Source: Dehalococcoidia bacterium
GTDB taxonomy: Bacteria > Chloroflexota > Dehalococcoidia > Bin125
Assembly: GCA_963662615.2 (NCBI GenBank)
Contig: CAXXSR010000001.1
Span: 672,001 to 736,000, forward strand
Reading direction: 5' to 3'
DNA: 64,000 nucleotides
Shown here in pieces: positions 39,737-50,086 of this stretch (position 1 is its first letter; each line of letters begins with the position of its first letter). The position numbers were made by a program, and so were the translations under genes. A model generated the notes under the pieces. It did not search any database, was not told the origin of the DNA, and saw only the letters and a program-made list of their open reading frames with translations.

Positions 39737-40474
39737 CTAGTTAATGCACATCCCCATGTTCCGATAGCCGCCCAGGCTATCCTTGCACGCTTGTACCTGG
39801 GCGTTGCCACCGTCGCCCTCGCCCTCGACTTCGGGGTCGTCGCCCTCGATCTCGGGGTCGCCGTCGCCCTCACCCTGGCCCTGGCCCTGCGCGCCGGGGT
39901 TGTCGGGCTTGCAGTGGTCGCCCTGGCCTTGGCCCTGGCTGCCGGCGCTGGGGTCGTCCTGGCCCTGGCCTTGCGCACCGGGATCTGTGGGCTTGCCGTG
40001 GTCACCACTGTCGTTTTGGCCCTGGCTGCCGGCGCTGGGGTCGTCCTGGCCCTGGCCTTGCGCGCCGGGATCTACGGGCTTGCCGTGGTCACCACTGTCG
40101 TTTTGGCCCTGGCTGCCGGCGCTGGGATCGTCCTGGCCCTGGCCTTGCGCGCCGGGATCTACGGGCTTGCCGTGGTCACCACTGTCGTTTTGGCCCTGGC
40201 TGCCCGCGCTGGGGGCGCCCTGGCCCTGGCCTTGCGCGCCGGGATCTACGGGCTTGCCGTGGTCACCACTGTCGTTTTGGCCCTGGCTGCCGGCGCTGGG
40301 GTCGTCCTGGCCCTGGCCTTGCGCGCCGGGGTTGTCGGGCTGGCCGGGATCCTCCGGCGCGTTGTCCTGGCCGCCGCCCTCGGCGAACATCACCCCCGTC
40401 AGGGAGCCGATCGCCAGCGCCGCCACGACGAGCGCCACTGTCACTGTCTTACGAAGAACAAATCGATGAAGCAT
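39737..40474 (-). CDS. Secreted G/Q/D-rich tandem-repeat protein
   Basis: Signal-like N-terminus, 29-aa repeats, C-terminal CK...YRNMGMC motif. Confidence 0.75.
   Translation of the reverse strand: MLHRFVLRKTVTVALVVAALAIGSLTGVMFAEGGGQDNAPEDPGQPDNPGAQGQGQDDPSAGSQGQNDSGDHGKPVDPGAQGQGQGAPSAGSQGQNDSGDHGKPVDPGAQGQGQDDPSAGSQGQNDSGDHGKPVDPGAQGQGQDDPSAGSQGQNDSGDHGKPTDPGAQGQGQDDPSAGSQGQGQGDHCKPDNPGAQGQGQGEGDGDPEIEGDDPEVEGEGDGGNAQVQACKDSLGGYRNMGMCIN
39875..40345 (-). repeat. 87-bp coding tandem repeat (~5 units)
   Basis: ggccctggccttgcgc recurs at 39961, 40048, 40135, 40222, 40309. Confidence 0.92.
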
Positions 40475-40744
40475 CGGATCACCACCCTCTCGGCCATCTG
40501 GCGCCGGACCGCCGCATCGGGGCCCGCCCGCGGCGCCAAGTTGACCTCAACCGGTTAATGGGGGAAAAAGGCGGATTTGTTACGCGCCCGTCACGAAAAG
40601 GTGGCCATCTGCTCCGTCGCCCTTACGACCAGCGGGTGTTTGAAGAGCAAGGAGTCATTGGCGCCGCCGTCGCCGACTCTCCCAACGCTCGGCGCGGAGG
40701 CCGCTTCATCGCTATCATCCGCCCGCAACCGGAAGGCAGTCCCC

Positions 40745-42085
40745 GTGCCGCCCCTGACGGCGTCCCTGCCCCTTCGTCCCACCGCCGCGGCGCTCCGCTG
40801 CGGCTCGCTGCCCCTCCGGCAGCACATCGACGCGCAGTGCGACCGCCTTCAAGCCCTCGAACCCGCCATCCGCGCGCTGCTGCCCGAGCCGGAGCGCCGC
40901 CGCCGCCTCCACCGAGAGGCGGAAGCGCTCCTCCAGCGCTACCCCGATCCGGAGGCGCGGCCGCCGCTTTTCGGTGTCCTGGTCGGGCTGAAGGACATCT
41001 TTCGCGCCGACGGCTTCCCCACCCGGGCCGGCTCGGCCCTCCCGCCGGAGCTGTTCGGGGGCCCGGAGGCCGCCAGTGTCGCGCGCCTGCGCCGCGCCGG
41101 CGCGCTCGTCCTGGGCAAGACGGTTACCACCGAGTTCGCCTACTTCGACCCTGGCCCTACGGCCAACCCGCACGAGACCGCTCACACCCCCGGCGGCTCC
41201 AGTAGCGGCTCCGCGGCGGCGGTCGCGGCGGGCTACGGTCCCCTCGCCCTCGGCTCACAGACCGTGGGCTCGGTGATCCGGCCGGCCGCCTTTTGCGGCG
41301 TCGTGGGCTTCAAGCCCACGTACGCGCGCATCCCCATCGACGGCGTTCTCCCCTTCTCCGCCTCCGTTGACCACGTGGGGCTCTTTACGCAGGACGCCGC
41401 CGGCGCCGCACTCGCCGCTTCGCTTCTCTGCGACGGCTGGCAGCCCCCGCTCGCCGAGGCCGCCGCCGGCCGCCTACCCGTCCTGGCCGTGCCGGACGGC
41501 CCCTATCTTGACCAGGCTGCCCCGGAGGGGCGCCGCGCCTTCGATGATCACGTGGCCCGTCTCGAGTCCCGCGGCTGCGTCGTCCACCGCCTGCCCGCTC
41601 TGTCCGACATTGCCGAGGTCACTCAACGTCACCGCAATCTCGTCGCCGCCGAGTTCGCCGCCGTCCATGACGCTTGGTTCCGCGACTACGGATCGCTCTA
41701 CCGGCCGCACAGCGCCATGCTCATTGAGAGAGGGCGCGCGGTCGCCGGCGCTGATCTCGCCGCCGCCCGCGCCGGTCGGGCGCAGCTGCGCTCCCAACTG
41801 CAGGCGTCGATGGAGGAGCGCGGCATTGACCTCTGGATCTGCCCGGCCGCGCCCGGCCCGGCGCCCGCGGGCCTCGGCGCCACCGGGGACCCCGCCCTGA
41901 ATCTTCCCTGGACCCACGCCGGGCTGCCCGCCCTCACTCTTCCGGCCGGCGCCACCGCCGGAGCCGCAGCCGGCGGCCTGCCTCTGGGCCTGCAGATCGT
42001 AGGCCGCTTCCGCGCCGATGAAGCGCTGCTGGCCTGGGCGCAGCTCCTTGAGCCACTGCTCGCCCCCGGCCAAGCGCACCCCTGA
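40745..42085 (+). CDS. Amidase signature family protein
   Basis: GLKDIF, GKTVTTEFA, TPGGSSSGSAAAV, GSQTVGSVIRPAAFCG; start approximate. Confidence 0.9.
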   Translation: MPPLTASLPLRPTAAALRCGSLPLRQHIDAQCDRLQALEPAIRALLPEPERRRRLHREAEALLQRYPDPEARPPLFGVLVGLKDIFRADGFPTRAGSALPPELFGGPEAASVARLRRAGALVLGKTVTTEFAYFDPGPTANPHETAHTPGGSSSGSAAAVAAGYGPLALGSQTVGSVIRPAAFCGVVGFKPTYARIPIDGVLPFSASVDHVGLFTQDAAGAALAASLLCDGWQPPLAEAAAGRLPVLAVPDGPYLDQAAPEGRRAFDDHVARLESRGCVVHRLPALSDIAEVTQRHRNLVAAEFAAVHDAWFRDYGSLYRPHSAMLIERGRAVAGADLAAARAGRAQLRSQLQASMEERGIDLWICPAAPGPAPAGLGATGDPALNLPWTHAGLPALTLPAGATAGAAAGGLPLGLQIVGRFRADEALLAWAQLLEPLLAPGQAHP

Positions 42086-42258
42086 CGCCTCCTCATGCGC
42101 GGAACGGTGACCCCATGCGAGCGGCCCGCCGTGGTCAGGATCCTGCGCCTGCGCGCCCCCGCCCGTTTCCCATCACGCGCGCTCGCCGTACGATCGATCG
42201 CAGCGGGCGCTCTGGTGGCGCGGTCAAATAAATACAGTCGCTCGCTGCGGAGACGGCA

Positions 42259-43545
42259 ATGAACCTCTGCGATGAAGCGTACGAACGCGCCCTGGAATCG
42301 TTGCGCGGCGCCATCACCGATCTCGGCTTCGTGGCCGCCGCGCAAGCGGATGGCCCCCGACGCCTCGGCACCTACGCCGCCGTCTGGGCCCGCGACGGCG
42401 TGATCACCGCCCTTTGGTCCCTGGAGACCGGAGAAAGCGACTTCGTCGCCTGCGGCCGGCGCACTCTGGAGGTGCTGGCCAGGCACCAGACCCACAGCGG
42501 GCAGATCCCCGCCAACGTCCAGCTCGCCGGCGAGCGCCCGGACTATTCCGGGCTGGGTGGCATCGCCAGCATCGACGCCGTGCTCTGGTTCGTGATCGGC
42601 GTTGCCCGCTTCGCCCACAGCGCGCACGATCAGGCCTTCGCCGAGCGCATGCTTCCGCACGCCGATCTCGCCATGCGCTGGCTGGGCGCCCACGACGCCA
42701 ACAACGACGGTCTGCTTGAACTGCCCGAAGCCTCCGACTGGATGGACCTCTTCCCCCGCTCCTACAACGTCCTCTTTGACGAGGTCCTGTGGTATCAGGC
42801 GCAACTGGACTACGGCGCCTTCCTCAACCACCTCGGGCTTGACGGCGCCATCAGCATCCAGCGCGCGGAGCGGACACGCGAACGGCTGCTGGAGGTGTTC
42901 TGGCCCACCTACACCGAAGCGGATTGGACCGCGCTCGGCAGCAGCGGCCGTCGCATTACGGGCGATCACCAGTACCTCCTCAGCTACGTCACGCCGTACG
43001 ATTTCTCCTGGCGCTGCGACGTCTACGCCAACCTGCTCGCTGCCCTCACCGGCCTCCTGGACGAGGCCAAACGCGAACGCCTCTACGGCTTCTTGTGGGG
43101 CGTCGGCATTGACCAGCCCTACCCGGTCCGGGTGCTCTATCCGCCTGTCCAGTCCGGCGCCGAGGACTGGAAGGACTACTTCATCCTCAACTTCCTCAAC
43201 CTGCCCTACCACTATCACAACGGCGGCGTCTGGCCCTTTATTGGTGGCTTGTGGGTCCGCTTCCTCTACCTGCTTGGCCGCACCGACCAGGCGGAGCGCG
43301 CACTCCAGAGCCTCGCCGAGGCCTGCCGCCAGGGGGTGCACGGGGAATGGGAGTTCAATGAATGGCTCCACGGCAAGACCGGCCGCCCCATGGGCAAGCC
43401 CCACCAAGCCTGGAGCGCGGCCGGCTACATCAAGGCCTATTTAGCCCTCAACGGGCGCAGCGCCCTGGAGGACTTTCTCCCCCTCGTGGAGCCGCGCGCT
43501 ACCGACAAGCGGCCCCCAGCGGGGGAAGTCCCCCCCGCATCGTGA
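42259..43545 (+). CDS. GH100-like / (alpha/alpha)6 glycoside hydrolase (invertase-like)
   Basis: VWARDG, GQIP.NV, IDAVLWF, YHNGGVWPF, FNEW.HG..G.P.G...QAWSA. Confidence 0.8.
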   Translation: MNLCDEAYERALESLRGAITDLGFVAAAQADGPRRLGTYAAVWARDGVITALWSLETGESDFVACGRRTLEVLARHQTHSGQIPANVQLAGERPDYSGLGGIASIDAVLWFVIGVARFAHSAHDQAFAERMLPHADLAMRWLGAHDANNDGLLELPEASDWMDLFPRSYNVLFDEVLWYQAQLDYGAFLNHLGLDGAISIQRAERTRERLLEVFWPTYTEADWTALGSSGRRITGDHQYLLSYVTPYDFSWRCDVYANLLAALTGLLDEAKRERLYGFLWGVGIDQPYPVRVLYPPVQSGAEDWKDYFILNFLNLPYHYHNGGVWPFIGGLWVRFLYLLGRTDQAERALQSLAEACRQGVHGEWEFNEWLHGKTGRPMGKPHQAWSAAGYIKAYLALNGRSALEDFLPLVEPRATDKRPPAGEVPPAS

Positions 43546-44353
43546 CCACGGCGCTCGCCGTCGCCTTCGCCCCGTCCAGCGCCGCCTGCTCGCCCCGCCC
43601 GCCCACCAGCCCGTCAATGAGTCCGGCGCTGAACGCATCGCCCGCACCCACGGTGTCTTTCACCTCAACATCGTCACCGCCGACGCTCCAGCGGCCCCCG
43701 TCGCGACGGTGCAGCTCCGCCCCGGCGCTTCCCTTCGTGACGCAGAGGTAGCGCAGTCGTGGCGCCGCCGCGAAGTACGCCGCCGGCTCGGCCGGCATGC
43801 CCAGCAGCTCCGCCACCTCCGTATATTCCTCGTCGTTGAGCTTGACCGCGGTCGCGCGCTCCAGCCCCCAGCGCAACACGCCGGCGCTGTAATGCGGCGG
43901 TCGCAGGTTGACGTCGAAGAAGCGCACGGCCTGAGAGGGGAAGTCCAGCAGCCGGCTCAGCGCCCGCTGCGACGTCGCCGCGCGGCAGGCCAGCGTGCCG
44001 TAATGGAGCACGTCGTGCGGCGGCCTCTCCGCCGGCCCCGCAATGGCGTCCCACGCCACCGGCGCCTGGATCGTGAAGTCGTGCCCGCCCTCCCGCAGGC
44101 GAATGCTCACTCGACCCGTGGGCAGCTCCGGATCGCCCTCTACCAAAGAGGAGTCCACGCCGCGCTCGCTCAGGGTGCGGCGAATCCTCTCCCCGTCGGC
44201 GTCGTCGCCCAGCCGCGTGATCAACTGCGCCTGCCAGCCCCGCGCCGCCAAGTGCACCGCTACGTGCAGAGGCGCCCCGGCGACCGCGCGACTGTCGGGA
44301 AATTCGTCAATGAGCGCCTCGCCGAAAAGGAGCGCGCGGCGCGCAGCGGTCAA
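43499..44353 (-). CDS. PfkB family fructokinase
   Basis: GEALID, FFDVNLR, VKLNDEE, DTVGAGDAF. Confidence 0.88.
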   Translation of the reverse strand: MTAARRALLFGEALIDEFPDSRAVAGAPLHVAVHLAARGWQAQLITRLGDDADGERIRRTLSERGVDSSLVEGDPELPTGRVSIRLREGGHDFTIQAPVAWDAIAGPAERPPHDVLHYGTLACRAATSQRALSRLLDFPSQAVRFFDVNLRPPHYSAGVLRWGLERATAVKLNDEEYTEVAELLGMPAEPAAYFAAAPRLRYLCVTKGSAGAELHRRDGGRWSVGGDDVEVKDTVGAGDAFSAGLIDGLVGGRGEQAALDGAKATASAVVTMRGGLPPLGAACR

Positions 44354-45666
44354 GAAACCGGCCCGCTCACCGCGGCGGCCGGGCGCTCCCTGGCATGACG
44401 CTCGGCCTCGCGCTCGAACAGCTCCAGCGTGCGCCCCGCGATCCCGGACCAGCCAAGCTCCCGCCGCGCGAACCGGGCGCCCTCTTCCGCCAGCCGCGCC
44501 CGCAGCTGCGGATAGCGCAGCGGCATCGCCAGCATCGCCGCGAACTCGTTCAGCCGCGTGGGGTCCGCGTAGAGGCCCGTCACCCCGAAGTCGATCATGT
44601 GGTGCAGGCCGCCGTGTACGGTGACGACGGCCGGCGTGCCGCAGGCCATCGCTTCCACCGCCGTCATCCCGAACGGCTCATACCGCGACGGCAGCGCAAA
44701 GGCGCCCGCTGCTCGGTAGTGCGCCGCCATCGCCTCATCTGGAACGTACCCGAGCCAGCGCACGTGGCTGCTCACTCCCAACTGCTCCGCCAGCGCCCGC
44801 CACTCCTCAACGAGGCGGCGGTCGGCCGGCGAGCCGGCTCCTGCGGCCAATTGCAGACGGGCGTCGCCCACCATCGCACGCAGCGGCGGCAGGGCGCGGA
44901 GGAGGAGGTCGAAGCCCTTGTTGGATGCGGCCCGGCCAATACAGTAGACGTCGTGCTCGCCAAAGCCCAAGCGCTCCCGCGCCGCCACTTCCCCGGCGAC
45001 CGCCCCTGCGACCGGGGCGTAACGCCGCTCGTCAATGCCCGGCGGGATCATCGTTGCCCGCTCTTCCGGCACGTCGTAGCGCGCGGTCAGCACCTCCACC
45101 TGCTCCGGCGACGTCGCGATCAACTGGTCGCAGCGCCGATAGACCAGGAACTCCTTGCGGATGCGCTCCTCAAAGCGAAACTCGCGTTCCAGCTCCGGCT
45201 TCGCTCCGCCCATCCCCTGCTGCTTCCACCAGCCCAGCGAGTGCGGCGTGTGGATGTGCGGGATCCGCAGCGCCTCGGCGATTCGCAGGCCCGCCCAGCC
45301 TGCGTCCCAATAGTGCGAATTGACCAAGTCGTAGCGGAGGCCGGCGTCGGCCGTCGCCGCAAGGAAGTTCGTCACGAACTCGCCAATGTGTTCGTGCATG
45401 TCCTCCTTGCGGATGAAGGCCGGCCCGCCGCAGGGGACCCGCCACACACGCAGGCCCGCCCCAGCGACGTCCACCGCCGCTTGCCCCTCGAAGCGGCGCG
45501 TGACGATGTCCACCTGATGGCCCCGCTCGGCCAGCCGCTTCCCCAGCTCCAGCACGAAGGTGACCTGCCCGCCCGTGTCCGGCTTGCCCAGCACCGGATC
45601 GGCCGCCACGTAGCCGTGCAGCGACAGCAGCAGGATCGATGCGGGCGATCCGTCCTCGCGCCTCAT
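44350..45666 (-). CDS. Mannosylfructose/sucrose-phosphate synthase-like glycosyltransferase (GT4)
   Basis: HGYVAA.P.LG..DTGGQV.FVLEL, SHYWDAG, HTPHSLG, PSRYEPFGM. Confidence 0.85.
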   Translation of the reverse strand: MRREDGSPASILLLSLHGYVAADPVLGKPDTGGQVTFVLELGKRLAERGHQVDIVTRRFEGQAAVDVAGAGLRVWRVPCGGPAFIRKEDMHEHIGEFVTNFLAATADAGLRYDLVNSHYWDAGWAGLRIAEALRIPHIHTPHSLGWWKQQGMGGAKPELEREFRFEERIRKEFLVYRRCDQLIATSPEQVEVLTARYDVPEERATMIPPGIDERRYAPVAGAVAGEVAARERLGFGEHDVYCIGRAASNKGFDLLLRALPPLRAMVGDARLQLAAGAGSPADRRLVEEWRALAEQLGVSSHVRWLGYVPDEAMAAHYRAAGAFALPSRYEPFGMTAVEAMACGTPAVVTVHGGLHHMIDFGVTGLYADPTRLNEFAAMLAMPLRYPQLRARLAEEGARFARRELGWSGIAGRTLELFEREAERHARERPAAAVSGPVS

Positions 45667-45671
45667 CACTC

Positions 45672-46460
45672 TTAGTTCCTTTCGCCCGCCACGCCCCAAT
45701 GGGCCAGCCCCTCCAAGATCCCGTGGGCGTACGCCCGCCGCGCCAGATACACATGCTCCCCAGCGGAGGCGGCCCGCAACGCCGCCTGCGCGTTTCCCAC
45801 CACAATGCCGCGCCCCGCGGCTGCCAGCAGGTCCGTGTCGTTCTCCGAGTCGCCGGCCGCGATCAGACGTTCGCGCGGCACCGCCAGGGCGGCGGCCACG
45901 TACTCCGCGGCGACGCCTTTACCGGCACCCGGCGGGATCACGTCCAGATTCGTCTCTCTGGAATGAACGACTTGATGCGGCACCCCGGTCGCGGCGATCG
46001 CCGCTCGCGCCTCGCGCAGTGGCGCTCCCGCCGGCACAGTGAAGCTCGCTCTGAACACCGTCTGAAACTCCGCCGCGTGGGGCACGAACCCCAGCCGCTC
46101 CATCGCCCGGTCGATGGGGCCCCGGTCCCAGCCGTCAAACTGCGCCGCCCAGGCCACGATGGGCTCGCCCTGCAGTTCGATCTCCGTACCCAGCGCGCCG
46201 ATGATCGCCGCGGCATGCACCGGCGTCGGCAAGGACGCTAGACTCGCCCGCACGCTCGCGCAGGGCCGGCCGGAGGCCAGGGCAAGAAGGAGATCGGAGC
46301 GGCTCCGGATGAAGGTGACGAAGGCCGCCAAGCCGTCGTCATCCCCGAGCAGCGTATCGTCTACGTCGCTGACTAGGAGCGAAGTCGTGGACTCGTCGAG
46401 CTGGGCGACCGCGTGAGACGCCCCAGCCCCGCGGTGTGCCGCCAACGCCTTGGGTCGCAT
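45672..46460 (-). CDS. HAD-IIB sucrose/mannosylfructose-phosphate phosphatase-like
   Basis: SDVDDTLLGD, ASGR, LDVIP..AGKG, AGDSEND; start uncertain. Confidence 0.85.
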   Translation of the reverse strand: MRPKALAAHRGAGASHAVAQLDESTTSLLVSDVDDTLLGDDDGLAAFVTFIRSRSDLLLALASGRPCASVRASLASLPTPVHAAAIIGALGTEIELQGEPIVAWAAQFDGWDRGPIDRAMERLGFVPHAAEFQTVFRASFTVPAGAPLREARAAIAATGVPHQVVHSRETNLDVIPPGAGKGVAAEYVAAALAVPRERLIAAGDSENDTDLLAAAGRGIVVGNAQAALRAASAGEHVYLARRAYAHGILEGLAHWGVAGERN

Positions 46461-46625
46461 CGCACCATAAGATAACATTCCCGTTCGCGCCTGTGTGTGT
46501 CGGCGACCCCTTGACGGGCACGGCGAAGGGCACGGCGGAGGGCAAGGCACGTGGGCCTGCCAGATCGCCAACCAACTGACTGGAAATCGCGATACGGGTG
46601 ACGGCGCGGCGCCAGCGACGCTCCC

Positions 46626-47585
46626 TCAGGCGGCGGTGCCGTTCATCGCCAGGTCATCCAAGAGGCGCGAGATGCTGCCGCTGGCCACCGCCACGCGACT
46701 GTCGCCCGCGCCGTAGTAGAGGCGCAGCGTGTCGCCGTCCTCGCCCACGGTGACGCCGCAGGGGAACACCACGTTCTTCACGTCGCCGCTTCGTTCGTAA
46801 TCGGCGTCTGGCTCCAGCACCCAGCCGCGGCGGCGGCGCAGGCAGCGGCTCGGATCGTCCCGATCAAGGAGCGCTACCCCCACCCGGTATACCAACGAGC
46901 CGTTGCTCCCGCCCACGCCGTGGTAGAGCAGCAGCCAGCCGGCCTCCGTCTCGATAGGCGGCGGCCCGCTCCCGATCTTCTGGTGGTCCCAAGAGCCGCC
47001 ATTGCGACGGCACAGCACAGGCCGGTGGTCCGACCATTGGCGCAGATCCTCCGAGTACGACACCCAGATGTCGCCGCTATCCTGAATCATGGGCCGGTGC
47101 AGCAACGCCCAGCGCCCGTTCACCCGCCGCGGCAGCAGCACCGCGTTCTTGTTCGGCGGCGGGAGGATGACCCCATAGCGCTGGAAGAGGCGGAAGTCGT
47201 CCGTCAGCGCCAGCCCCACGCAGGGGCCGTGCGACGAATACGCTGTGTAGGTGACCGCGTAGCAGCCCAACTCCGGCAGCCAAACCACGCGCGGGTCCTC
47301 AATCCCCAGCGCCTCCAACGGGTAGCGCTCCGGCTCCGGCGTCAGTGCCGGCGACGGCTCCACTTGCGACCCATCCAGCCCATTGACGGACCGCGCGCCC
47401 CAGAGCTGGGAACGCATCTCGTGGTCCACGGCTCGGCAAAGCAGGTACGTCTCGCCACCGGGGAGCAGGGCCGCGCCGGGGTTGAAGACGCTGCGGATCG
47501 AGATCGGCCAGTCACCCGCCGTCAGCACCGGATTCCCCTGGTGCCGCGCGAACAGCCCGTTGCCCTGGCCGTTGTTGCTGCTCAT
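46626..47585 (-). CDS. GH130 family glycosidase/phosphorylase
   Basis: VFNPGA, GIEDPR, NKNA.L.P, LHRP, PPIET.AGWL..YHG, VKNVVFPCG. Confidence 0.88.
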   Translation of the reverse strand: MSSNNGQGNGLFARHQGNPVLTAGDWPISIRSVFNPGAALLPGGETYLLCRAVDHEMRSQLWGARSVNGLDGSQVEPSPALTPEPERYPLEALGIEDPRVVWLPELGCYAVTYTAYSSHGPCVGLALTDDFRLFQRYGVILPPPNKNAVLLPRRVNGRWALLHRPMIQDSGDIWVSYSEDLRQWSDHRPVLCRRNGGSWDHQKIGSGPPPIETEAGWLLLYHGVGGSNGSLVYRVGVALLDRDDPSRCLRRRRGWVLEPDADYERSGDVKNVVFPCGVTVGEDGDTLRLYYGAGDSRVAVASGSISRLLDDLAMNGTAA

Positions 47586-48223
47586 GGCGCTCTACTTTAT
47601 GTTAACGCGCTTTCGGATTCCCATACACCATCTGGGCGACATCCGCCCGGCGATATTCGCCTCCACTATCGGCACGCCAAGTGGGGGATTCCATCGAGAG
47701 CTTCCCTATCACGCGGCCTCTCTCCCCTACGTAGACGCAACGCCGTGGCGCCTGTGACGGCTCCATGAGCGTCGATTGGCTCCCTGATTTCGGCCTGGCC
47801 GGAGGCGCCAGCGCCCGTCGCCAGTGTGGCCGGCTTCCGTGCGCGAACGGGGCGGTCCCAGCGCCGGAGGGGGAAGGGCTCCAGGTTGGCGGCAGCCGGC
47901 CGACGGCTGATCCCTGGCGGCAGCTTGGCGGAGGATCGCTGGGGGAGGGACGGCTCCGGGGGCGGATGGCCGCCGCGAGACCTCTCGGTCGCGTGCAGTC
48001 AGCGGATCGACGAAATCCTGCCCGCGGAAAAACATGGCGGCGCACGCGGAACGCTCGTGCGTCACATGAGCCCCCTGATGAGCCGCCACCCAGAACCACT
48101 ACTATTGTCGGTGTCGTTTAGTCCATTGCGCAACTGCCGCCCCAAGACGTAACTTTCACCTAACGCGGCGGCTGCGGGGCTCCCAGCTCCGCTTCCGAAA
48201 TTCGTGACGAGCGGACGCCGAAT

Positions 48224-49567
48224 ATGACGATCGTGTATCGAGGCGCCGCCTCCGCGCGGACCCTCGCGACTGCTGGCTCAGGCGCTGCAGCTGGCTCAGG
48301 CGCTGCAACCGATCAGGCGCCCACTGTCGAGGTGTGGGACCGCGGGCGCGGCTCTCTGTTGCCCACGGCCATCCCCTCCCGCGTCGCCTTCATTAGCACC
48401 CGACTCCCGCGCAAGTGCGGCATCGCCACCTTCACGGCCGACCTGCAAGCCGCCCTGCGCGACGGCTACCCCAGCGTTGAACAGGTCGCCGTCGCTCTCA
48501 GCGAGTCGCCCGGCTCCTACGACTACCCCCCCGAAGTTCGCTTCGACCTCGCCCAGAACGACCCCGCCGCCTACCAGGGAGCCGCCGTTGCCCTCAACGC
48601 CGCTGCGCCCACTGTCGTCTCCCTCCAGCACGAGTTCGGCATCTTCGGCGGCGAAGCCGGCGCCTACGTCTTGCCCCTCATGCGCCGGTTGCAAGCGCCC
48701 GTGGTGGCGACGCTCCACAGCGTCTTGGAGGGGCCCACCCCCGCCCAGCATGACGCCCTCCGCGCCGTTGCCGCGCACGCCCACCGTGTCGTGGTAATGA
48801 GCCGCCGCGGCGCCTCGCTCCTCCAGTCCCACTACGGCCTGCCCGCCGACAAGATCGATCACATTCCCCACGGCATCCCCGACCTCCCCTTCCTGGAGTC
48901 GGCGCCGTACAAGCGCCGCCTTCACCTCAGTGAGCACCAAGTCCTGCTCACCTTCGGGCTTCTGGTACCCAACAAGGGCATTGAGAACGTCATCAAGGCG
49001 CTGCCGCAGATCGCCGCCCGCCATCCCCACGTGCTCTACTTGGTTGTTGGCGAAATGCACCCCGTGGAGCGACGGCGCGACGGCGAGGGCTACCGGCGCA
49101 GCCTCCTCGGCCTCGCGCGCTCACTGGGCGTGGAGGCGCACGTCCGCTTCCACGACCACTTCGTCACTGCGCCGGAGCTACGGGATTTCGTGGGCGCCGC
49201 CGACGTCTGCCTGACCCCTTACCGCGATCGCGACTATCCCACCTCGGGGCCGCTCAGCTACGCCGTCGGCGCCGGCAGGGCGACCATCTCCACACGCTAT
49301 TCGTACGCGGAGGAGCTCCTGGGCGACGGCGCCGGCGTTCTCGTCCCCTTCCAGGACCCGGCCGACATCGCCGCCCACACCATCCGACTGCTTGCCAATG
49401 ACCAGGAGCGCCTCGCCCTGGGGCGGCGCGCCTACGACCTCGGCCGCGGCATGACCTGGCCGGCGGTCGCGCGTCGCCAGATGGAGAGCTTCGGCCGGGC
49501 CCTGCAACTCCCCGCCACCGCGACCACCACCACCGGCACTGTCGAAGTCCCCGCCCTGCGGCACTGA
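48224..49567 (+). CDS. GT4 glycosyltransferase
   Basis: PRKCGIATF, LQHEFGIFGG, IPHG, LTFGL..NKG, SG.LSYA. Confidence 0.88.
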   Translation: MTIVYRGAASARTLATAGSGAAAGSGAATDQAPTVEVWDRGRGSLLPTAIPSRVAFISTRLPRKCGIATFTADLQAALRDGYPSVEQVAVALSESPGSYDYPPEVRFDLAQNDPAAYQGAAVALNAAAPTVVSLQHEFGIFGGEAGAYVLPLMRRLQAPVVATLHSVLEGPTPAQHDALRAVAAHAHRVVVMSRRGASLLQSHYGLPADKIDHIPHGIPDLPFLESAPYKRRLHLSEHQVLLTFGLLVPNKGIENVIKALPQIAARHPHVLYLVVGEMHPVERRRDGEGYRRSLLGLARSLGVEAHVRFHDHFVTAPELRDFVGAADVCLTPYRDRDYPTSGPLSYAVGAGRATISTRYSYAEELLGDGAGVLVPFQDPADIAAHTIRLLANDQERLALGRRAYDLGRGMTWPAVARRQMESFGRALQLPATATTTTGTVEVPALRH

Positions 49568-49604
49568 CCGGGCCCGCCTCAGCGCCCTGCCCTAGGCCAC
49601 AGCC

Positions 49605-49997
49605 CTAGGCGCTGGTGTCGTCGCTGGCGGAATCTTCGCGGTGGTAGTCGTCCTGCAGCCGCACCACGTCGTCCAGCTCGGGGCTGGACGCTTCCAGGAT
49701 CTCACTGTCTTCCAGCGCCTCCAGTCGATGGATCGTGCCCGGCGGGAGATCGATCACGTCACCGGGCCGCAGCTCCAGCTCCTCCAGCGCCTCGCTCGAC
49801 GTTCCCACCGTGAGCCGCAGCGCCCCCCGCTGCACGTACATCGTCTCGTGTTTCTGCTTGTGGTACTGCAGGCTGAGCCGCTGCCCTTTCTTCACCTCCA
49901 GGATCTTCCCCGCAAAGCGGTCACTCTCCGCGTAGATGATCTCGCGGCCCCACGGCTTCGCCGCCACGCGCGGCTTCGTCACTTGCACCGGTGACAT
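49605..49997 (-). CDS. Cupin, mannose-6-phosphate isomerase type II C-terminal-like
   Basis: KPWG, RLSLQYH..KHET, HRL, ELDDVVRLQDDY. Confidence 0.82.
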   Translation of the reverse strand: MSPVQVTKPRVAAKPWGREIIYAESDRFAGKILEVKKGQRLSLQYHKQKHETMYVQRGALRLTVGTSSEALEELELRPGDVIDLPPGTIHRLEALEDSEILEASSPELDDVVRLQDDYHREDSASDDTSA

Positions 49998-50086
49998 AAC
50001 AACCCTCCATTCCTCCTTTGGCCGTGCATCGCGGCGCCGCCTGCTCCTCCCGCCGCGCCTCGCATGGATCGAACGCTCGCAGCGAC

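Noticed and set aside
39875-40345. 87-bp periodic array as a CRISPR
   Set aside because: Whole units are repeated with no unique spacers, period is a multiple of 3 inside an ORF, and no cas genes are present.
39575-40558. Plus-strand hydrophobic and Trp/Pro-rich repeat ORFs
   Set aside because: Antisense shadows of the repeat; the minus-strand ORF has an RBS, signal-like start and coherent termini.
41698-43407. Long antisense ORFs such as this 569-aa one
   Set aside because: Expected from stop-codon scarcity in high-GC DNA opposite well-supported genes.
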